DNA of 63,847 nucleotides, the filler included, from Vermamoeba vermiformis (Eukaryota): assembly GCA_045837725.1 (NCBI GenBank). It is 4 parts of 4 records of this genome, joined end to end, with 100 filler letters (N's around TTAATTAATTAA, not from the genome) between each part and the next. Parts side by side here need not be neighbours in the genome. Positions count along the whole stretch, not along the records: positions 55,449 to 61,821 come from JBEWZL010000060.1; positions 61,922 to 63,847 come from JBEWZL010000283.1; 2 more parts are not named here. One strand, written 5' to 3'. The translations under genes and the position numbers were made by a program. Each line of letters opens with the position of its first letter. The first letter of the stretch is position 1. Under the pieces are notes generated by a model. The model was not told the DNA's origin and searched no databases. It worked only from the letters and a program-made list of their open reading frames with translations. Of the stretch, positions 55,449 through 63,847 are shown piece after piece.

Positions 55449-58129
55449 TGTCACAGGGGAAAAACTCCATGAGAAAATTAATAAAGTAAAAATTATTCGT
55501 AGCCCCCTCGTGCCATTTTTATTTCAATACTCTATATAGATATTACTATAATAAACTAATATTGGACTATATTTAATTTTTGTTTATTTAATTTTACAGG
55601 TCAGAATGGGAATCGTATCTGCCGAAAAAAAATCTCCACGATAACTTTTGCTCATTAACACAGCAAAAGCAATCAGTATTATATTGATTATTGCATGTAT
55701 ACTTAGTATTAAGTATAATGTGTCGCTTACTTGCTATTGATGTGGGTGTTGGTCAGATCCTAACCAGATTGAGTACGGAACAATGTGCCGGCTTATGATT
55801 TTGCTAATAAAAAATGATGTAGGAAATATCATGTGTGGCTCATTATTGTTCGAATGATCATGAAATGAACTGGAGCAAAAATCAGGGCCGTTCGCGCGCG
55901 TAATAAAGTTGATAATTCAAACCAAAATTCCGGTTTCGTTGTTTCTAATCCTATCAAATACAATTCGTTTGATGACCACAAGTCTTCATCAACATTTATA
56001 TAATATTTAAATGCATATTTATTGTTAGATATCAATTTATGCAATGCAGATGCACGAGACAACAATATTCAAATTAAAATAAATTGGCCACGAATAAAAT
56101 ATTAGGCCAGCAGCTCTACCACACTTTGACGAGCTGTACGTGTTCGAGGTTGCAGATTTTCTCCGGAACAGGCCAGCGACCAGTAGTAAGATGCTGATCG
56201 CTTCGTACCCGTAGTGGTAGGCGCTGGCAATACTGGAGTGGTAATTTTTGTTGGCTCACTGACAGTGATTGTACTAACACGAGGCTTCTTTGTAGGTTGT
56301 TTGTTGGGAAGGTCAGCTGCGGCTGCTTTTCGTTTTTGAGTGCGCTTCTTCTTTGTTGGAGCTGGCTCTTGAAATTCCTTCAGCTGCTTTGGTGCCATAT
56401 TGTAAGCATCTTCTTTAATCTTCTCCTTGATCTCATTAATGATTTTGGTAAATGCAGAGCCTTCACGAATGAAAAATGGCTCGATGCGATCTACTTGAAC
56501 TTGAACAAGTTGTCCTGAATGGTCTCCTGAAACGAAGGTTGCCGTGTACTGATTTTCGCTGAAGGCTTGAACAATCACTGAAGGTATTTTCTTCATTTCT
56601 TTTGAAAAATTAGATCGGTGGCCAAGATCAACTAACACCAAGTCTCCCAATTCATAGACACGGACATTGTTGTTTTTCTCATGCCGTTTAATCTCTCGAC
56701 CTGCTTTTTCTTCTGCACAAGCAACAGCCTCTCGGAGAACTCGTTTGGCATAGTCGATGCGCTTTTGAACTTCGGCATCACCTGCAGCAGTAAGTTAAAC
56801 AATGTCAACCAATGACTCATACTTACCATTAGCATCCATTTTCAGGTACCTAGTCCCTCTGAATACTTCTTGTGGAGTTCGCCCGATTGTAGAGTGGAAC
56901 GTCGCGTTGTACTTTTCGCAAGCAGTGATAGCAGCAGCTGACCACTCAGCTCCGAGTTTGCCCCCTATTAGCTTCCTCAAAATGCCCTTGTAGGATGCAT
57001 TGAGTCGCTCGATTTGACCATTTGTTTGTGGATGCTTAGGGCGTGAGTGACGAGCTTCGATGTCAAGAAGGCGTAAGTACTCTTTGACGATGTCAGCAAT
57101 GAATTCCTTTCCGTTGTCGCACTGTAGGATAGTAGGATAGCCATTTGACGAGAATATTTCATACAGGGCTAGAGCGACTGGTGCAGCGTGCTTTGTTTTG
57201 AAAGTTTTGGTCCACGCAAACTTGGTACAGCAGTCAACAACAGTCAAGATGTAGCGATCTCCAGTTGTTGGGTCACTATGATCCATCTCAGTGAAGTCAA
57301 TCTCTACCCGCTCAAGTGGTTCTCGAGCAATGATAGGACGAAGAGGTGGCTTGGGAATGTTGCGTCGAGTCTTTATCTGCTGACACCTCTCACATGTGCG
57401 ACAGTACTCTTCAGCATCCCCATACATTCCATTCCACCACCACTCTCCAGAGAGAGCATAGACAGTGGCATCACGGCCTTCAAAAGTTAGTAACGGTCAC
57501 TTCCTTTTTTGGATCTTACCAAGATGAGTCCCAAGTTCTCCTTCACCATGGTATGCACCAATCAGTTCTTCTTTTGTCTGGTAATCAAATTTGCCTTCTA
57601 CAAACACTTGGCGTAGCCCTGTGTCTGTATCCACGTTACAATAAATTTGTACCCGATCAAATCTGGATTTATTTACCATTTGGTGAGCGAGGCGGCTTTG
57701 TTTTTGTGAACTTAATTTGCTTATACAGAATACCATTGATTAGTTTATACTTTTTAGAGGCATCCTTCAAGTAGCGACGTGCATGACGATTCTTTTGCCC
57801 GCGCAACGAATCTGGCCAGATCACATGAGTAGCAAGGTTCAGGGCTACTTGAATGATTGCAACAAGTCCCACCCAGGTATCAATGTCCATTTGTGTTAGT
57901 GTGTTGATAAAAATATCAAAACTGGCGGTAAAAATTTCAGTGCGCGATTTTTTTTGGATCAACCCCAACGGCAACTTTACTAATAAGCAATTAAATGACC
58001 TCTGTTTATCATCAAATATTTCTTTATTGTACATACATTGTATGACATAAATACTAACTGTCACTTTGCCCGTAGGACATGGCCAGATCAAGTTTATTAA
58101 TTTTATCGTGGAGTTTTTCCCCTGTGACA
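55449..58129 (-). mobile_element. Ginger/TDD-type DNA transposon with 37-bp TIRs
   Basis: TGTCACAGGGGAAAAACTCCATGAGAAAATTAATAAA (55449-55485) vs the inverted copy at 58093-58129 (35/37 identical); internal rve integrase gene; TSD not testable because the left end abuts the gap. Confidence 0.85.
56102..57890 (-). CDS. intron-containing Gypsy-integrase-like (Ginger) transposase
   Basis: AYH...THL|GRDAT...CRTCERC (HHCC); VEIDFTEM, LTVVDCCTKFAW, LQCDNGKEF, PQTNGQIERLN (DDE); three GT-AG introns inferred; basic C-terminal tail. Confidence 0.85.
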
Positions 58130-58144
58130 GTATCTCCCATCGTA

Positions 58145-61100
58145 CCTTACTTCCCTTCAAAACATCTGGTTACCTTACTAAACAAAGTCGCCGATATGTC
58201 GGCTGAAATTAACCGGGCACGGATCCAAAAAAGCTATTGCTTCATTTAACTTTACTTGGTCAAACACTTAAATTTTAAAATCAAAGACCGAAAATCAAAA
58301 GTAAAGCCAGTACAAGACCGCTTGAAAGTGTCCATGACGTTCTGCTACTCACTGAGTCAGACGGGCCTCTGGGAACTTCGAGATTGATTGGCTGACCACG
58401 CACTTCCACACCAGTAGGACGTGTCGAGATCTCTTTAATATCAATGTCGTCGAGTCCCTCGGTAATCTCTCCTTTCGTGCCTTCTTCGTTTTGCTTTAAA
58501 TCTCGGAACAGATCACTATGAAGGCAAATTTAGCTCAGAGAAGGTCTAATTGAACTTACATTATGACTTGAATGGCACTTCTTTCCGTTGAGTCTAAAAA
58601 TCATGAAAGTAAGTCACTGCGACCGGAACAAAAGAGTCTTACTTGTAGGACTATTGATCGTGATGATCAAATTGTAAGTCGGCGGTTGAGTGGTTGAGTT
58701 GACAAGCACTGTCACATTGATGCGCGACGGATCGATGTTGTACCTGATCGTGAAGATTAGCTATATTTAACACTCTTTCTTCACCTACATATCAGCGATG
58801 TTTTCGATGATAGTTTGAACGTTATCATTGGTCAAGTTGGCAGGTGTCGTGAGTACAATTACAATTTCAGGTGCTGCAAGAACAGTTAATTGACATATTT
58901 TTGATTTATTGTTCTATTACCTTTAGGACACTTAAGGCGAGTGGGATCGGTCAGATCTACTGTCAAATTAAACGAACCAAGTATCCACGAAAATGACGTG
59001 ACTGCAGAAGTGATGTTTGTGGCGTAAGGTGACACGGGATACGCCAAGCTTCGGCCTACCGAGAATACTGTTGGTCTCGCGGTCTGTAAGAATAAGATTA
59101 GCGGTCAATAATTGTTTTTGACACCTAACGTGTCAAAAGTGTCAAAAAAACTATAGGTTTGAACTTACACCAAAGTTAGAAGGAATGAACGAGTTGTATT
59201 TGCCATGTTCGATTACTTGTGTTGTACCATCGAGGTTGTCGTAGCTAAGATGCAACTTCATGACACCATTGTCCAGCACATCCAAGCAGTCAAGTATAGG
59301 AACTACACGCGGAACTCTGCTGGTATCGACCGGTATCACTTCACACGACGCACTCACAGGTGATGTTGGTTTGTATCCATCAGCACACTTGCATTTGTCA
59401 CTGCAGAACGATCCACTGTCACATTGTTCTGCACCTGTCACTATGCTGTCACCGCATACTACCCGAACATTTTTGTTAGTGATGAGGCATTGCATTTATT
59501 CAGCACCTATACGTACCATCAATGCATTTTCCGTTGACAGGCTTTGTTCCGAGCATGCATTTGCATTTACTGTCACAACCGTATGTCCCTTCACAATGTT
59601 CCAAGCCAGTGATGATTCCGTTGCCACAGACTAAAAACGGTTAGGTAATTTTGAATATGATAGCGTCATTCTTACTATCTACACATAGTCCGAGATAGCT
59701 CGGATTTGTGCCAGCAGCGCAAGTGCAATTGCTCAAACACGACTGACTGCCATCACATTGTTCACTTCCTGACGCATATTGATCACCACAGACTCAATTA
59801 AACATCGTGTTAATACTATTGAGCATATGTGTAAATGGCACTTACAACTTTCGTTTACGAACATGAACTGGTCCCATGAGAGTGGCTCCTCAACGACTTG
59901 ACACGAACCTGTGACACTTGGCGGAGACTCGCAAAGCAAGGTGTGATAAATTGTGAGTAAGGCCTGCACATTGCCTTGTTCGGTAACACCAAAGGCAGCG
60001 TTGAGGTTGCCTACTGTCGGTACCTCCAAAAAGAAGCTACTCGATTGGTAAATGAAATGAACGCCAGAAGAACGCGTGCCAGAGCCAAAGCTGAGAGGTA
60101 CATAGTCACCGTTCAAAGTTCTAACTGACATTTTGCCAGTCGTGTCCATGTAAAACACTTCGTCAAAAGCTTTCACGGTGAATGAAGTCACAGCTGTAGG
60201 TCCACAAGAAACGATATCACACCCTGAAGTACTGTTCCACGGAGCTATTGGCGTACGGTAAACTCTCACGTTGAAGTTGGAACCGCAAGAGGTGTGTTGC
60301 CATTGGCCCAAAAGCTGAGGTGGGTCAAAGATGTTTGAAGGCTCGCCAGGTAAGTACACTAAGAGCTTGCCCGGGACTCGGAGCATTGGCGGTTGAGCTC
60401 ACCTAAGCCTTTGACGATCCAGAACACTGTGTTGAGCTGAGCGTCAATGAGACTGCCTTGCACCAGGTCACGTGATATTGTTCCTCGTCCTAAAACATGT
60501 CAACTTGGAGCCGTTCTGTGTTACTTCCGCGCGACGTACCTTCACTGAAAGGAAAGAAAGCGATCAAATTCCGATGGTTAATGACGGACGTCAAGTTCAT
60601 ATTATTGTCCACCGAAGAAATCACTGATTCAATTTCTTGCGCTGTTCGTACCGTGTTCCAAATGCGGAAGTTGTCGACAATTCCATTCATTGTTACAGGT
60701 CCTTGTGGCAGAGACGGAGCGTATGGACATTCCCCGATTAGCACAGGGTACTGTAGGCCTGTTGGGAGATTCAGAGTTGTTACGCTATTGATCGCTAAAG
60801 TTCCGTTCACGAACGCTGTGACTAGCGCGTTGGTGCGGTTGATGTTTTGAACCACGACCGAGACAGTATACCAATTGTTGAATTGGACTATTGGCAGCTC
60901 TGAAGTAGCAAGAACGAAGTTTGGAATGTATGGTGAGCCAACGCGTACAACTAAATATTCGTTGTCGATCTGGATGGCGAAGTAGTTTGCCGTGCTTGAG
61001 TTACCCATTGACAGAATGCAACCAGATCCTGCCCGTGAATAGACTTGGATTTCTATCGTATGCGTTGATGTATTCAATGTAATAGGATTAAGGGTAATAG

Positions 61101-61179
61101 TACCAACGGCATTGGTAGCATAGGAGTAAAGATCCAGAGCAAAATCATTGGTAGGAGTTTCCAATTGCGTCATGGCCAT
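58145..61179 (-). CDS. large extracellular-type protein with LamG/concanavalin-like domain and Cys-rich repeats, multi-exon, incomplete
   Basis: WYTVSVV...AFVNGTL...MNGIVDNFRIWNTVRTAQEI (LamG-like); CGDSIVTGAEQCDSGSFCSDKCKC repeat; ends not resolved. Confidence 0.65.
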
Positions 61180-61821
61180 ATCTAGACAGTCTGCGTGGAG
61201 TATATGCTAGGAGGCAACATATGTAAGCAAAAATAATGCGCTGAGTGTCGTCATCTGAATTCGGACAGTTAAAAATTTGTCAAGTTGAACCAGAAATTAT
61301 TAACTTGAAAAAAGAGCATTGCAAATACTGTATTGTGCTTATCAGCGATATTGGGTATATTTTGCTGATTTTTCTAGCGCTGCGTTATAGCACATACCGC
61401 AGATCGAGATTATTTTCTGCTTAAGTATTTGCTTACCATTAATTAGTACTCCCAGTTGTGTATCATCGAGGCAATTTGACATTGCGACATCTTTTAACGT
61501 CAACCCTTAAAAAGGCTAGCATGTTCCCGAACGCTGGTACCATCGCACCCCAAAAGCTGTCAAGGCTGACACCAAAGCTAAATTTGTCTTTTCTATATTT
61601 TTTTCTTGGTTTTTTGTGGTTTTTGGTTGAGCTCAAATAATAATACTCAAGGAGGAGTTTTTCGGTCTGAAAATGACATCGAAAACAAAAAAGAAAAAGT
61701 CGTATTTATCTTGCTTTATGAATTGACGTATCGCGAGTCCGTTTTTTACAATTAAAAAGGCACCAACGACCAACAAAGTAACCACTACGTTCCTTCCGCT
61801 AACGGCGGTTATGACAGCAAC

Positions 61822-61921
61822 NNNNNNNNNNNNNNNNNNNNNNNNNNNNNNNNNNNNNNNNNNNNTTAATTAATTAANNNNNNNNNNNNNNNNNNNNNNN
61901 NNNNNNNNNNNNNNNNNNNNN
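61822..61921. other. artificial contig spacer
   Basis: N run with TTAATTAATTAA. Confidence 0.97.
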
Positions 61922-61985
61922 CCCTAACCCTAACCCTAACCCTCTCGTCTCTGTAACCCTAACTTTGCTTGAAACCCTAACTTGA
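61922..61985 (+). repeat. telomere-like (CCCTAA)n at contig start
   Basis: CCCTAACCCTAACCCTAACCCT plus two nearby ACCCTAAC copies. Confidence 0.55.
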
Positions 61986-63847
61986 TTTTCTGCCTTACTA
62001 GGACAGCTACAGAGGCAAGACTAGTACCATTTTGAAGGCCTTTCAAAGTTCTATCCAACCACACACCTAACTCTGAGATTGCTGAAACAAACCATACTCG
62101 CAACTTTACCAAGCCACAGACCTTGGAGCAGACTCAGATTCAGGGCTCAGATTGAGCTAACTTTAACATGGATCTGTTATTCTACTGATATTAACTATGA
62201 TTTGCTGATTAAACACCTAGTCCAAGGTCAACTCCCAACTTTGACTCTTGAATCTGGGCACTGACTCAGACCAGGGGATTGGATCAAGCTGGCTTCAACT
62301 CAAATCTGTTATTTTCTTTGTATTCACTATGATTCATTGATGAAACATTGACTCTGAGGTCTAATCCCAACTTTAGAGCTTGAGACTCATAGTTTAGGGT
62401 TGCCTATGATCAACTTGATATTTCGGCTTGAATCTATCAGATACACTGTTTTTATCATGTTTTGATATGTTTCTGATTGATTTGGAGATGTTCTTAATCC
62501 AATATCAAAGTTACTGCATAGCTAATCAGGGACTCAAATCTCACCATGTTAATCAACCATCGGAACAGGACAATACTATTATGATAAATATACATAAAAA
62601 TAGTAACACAAGGATATGAAAGAGAGACGTTAATCCAGTATCATGGCTCTGACATCTGGATGCCAGCAGGACAGGTCAAAGTCTGGAAACATGCAATCGT
62701 TACAGATATGGCATGGATCAATAACAATCAATATGAATACACTATGGATCAATTATGAACTGATTCTGACATGTAGAAGTTGATAGAACTGTTGATAACT
62801 TTTCGCTTCAGCACTTTTGTATATTCAAAATGAAATGCACATATATTCCAGCAATTTGCATATTCAATGTAAAATGTATAGGCATTATTTTATTTTACAT
62901 ATGCAAACGTAATTAAATATGCATTTTTTATTGTGTATATTGGTTTTGAAATATATATAAACTATTTGGTTTTATCCTTTGTTAGCTTTGAGTGCATTGA
63001 CAAAACAGGAGCATCATGAAGTTGAGCAGCAGAACAAACCAATAATGAATTCCTTCAAGCTATTTGCTTTATTATGACTTGTGCCAACAGACCCGTTGCA
63101 TATGATCTCAATGTCAAGAGTGGGCACACTTTATCAAGTTGTTTTTTTTAAGATAGCGACTGACCCACTGTTTGAATACCCCTCTTGTTAAAAGCAAGCA
63201 ACCACAAGGAGGCATTAAACAACCTTTAAAATGAATATATAATGTTGTTGAATGTATATTCATTTTTTGACCAACCAATGTAAGTGTATGCAGAAGTTAT
63301 GTGTAAAGTTGACACAGCATTCATTTAAGTATGTTGTCGTCTGATTATTACAATTGCCTATACTGACGTCAAACATTCATAACAGGAAACAATTTAACTA
63401 TTCAAAATTATTTTTTGTATATTCATTTTTAACTCAATCCTGTCCCAATCAACCTTCCAGGCTCCCAACAGGTCGAATTTGACCTTGTGCATGTGTTTAC
63501 AACTATAACCCCCCCCACTGCAATCAAAAAAGAGAAATTCTTTCCAAAAAGTTGGTAAAATTTGTCCTTTCCATAAAAGGATATCGCAGGGAAAAAAAAT
63601 CGCACGACCGGAGAAATAATTCTCCGAAGTAGGAGATCTGATACCAAGTTTCCCCTTTTTGATCCAAAAACGGGTCAGACAGGTGCAGGAGAACCGTAAA
63701 TCCATCGGTTTTGATGCTGTGGTCGTGCAATCTTGCTTGTTGATAAAGTCCATTCGTTAATGAATATTCAAAATAGTTAATGCATATTCATTTTTGTTTT
63801 TCCTAAATCTATTGTTGGGTAAACACCAGAACAAGTAACAAACCTCA

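Noticed and set aside
55305-55485. Apparent linkage of the virus and the Ginger transposon
   Set aside because: They are separated by an artificial spacer; contig order may be arbitrary
1-63847. CRISPR arrays, rRNA or tRNA genes
   Set aside because: None recognised on either strand

Overview
The window is eukaryotic DNA from a protist-like host with many short GT-AG introns. It consists of four contigs joined by artificial 100-nt N/TTAATTAATTAA spacers (28356-28455, 55349-55448, 61822-61921). Contig 1 carries host genes: an SMC-family ATPase 5' end, listerin/LTN1, a COG0523/CobW GTPase with an unusual OB-fold plus degenerate-Nudix N-terminus, a DsbA/FrnE oxidoreductase, an NT5DC 5'-nucleotidase, two inverted F-box paralogs, tandem 2-TM paralogs and a kelch-repeat protein. 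The main discovery is in contig 2: a complete, intron-free 24,562-bp integrated DNA-virus-like element (30743-55304). It is bounded by two identical 179-bp DIRECT repeats, each running TG...CA with its own terminal inverted repeat like an LTR. It is flanked by a 5-bp target-site duplication (CCTGC) and splits the coding exon of a host ARF-family GTPase. It encodes a Polinton-type DDE integrase, a Prim-Pol/D5 superfamily-3 helicase, a small HUH endonuclease, an A32-like packaging ATPase, putative major and minor (penton) jelly-roll capsid proteins, a fibre with an S74 chaperone domain and a block of AP2/HTH/Zn-finger regulators. I recognise no PolB, reverse transcriptase or maturation protease. 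Contig 3 begins with a TIR-bounded, intron-containing Ginger-type integrase transposon sitting in an intron of a LamG/Cys-rich host gene. Contig 4 starts with CCCTAA telomere-like repeats. All protein assignments are by eye from motifs; no database searches were run.
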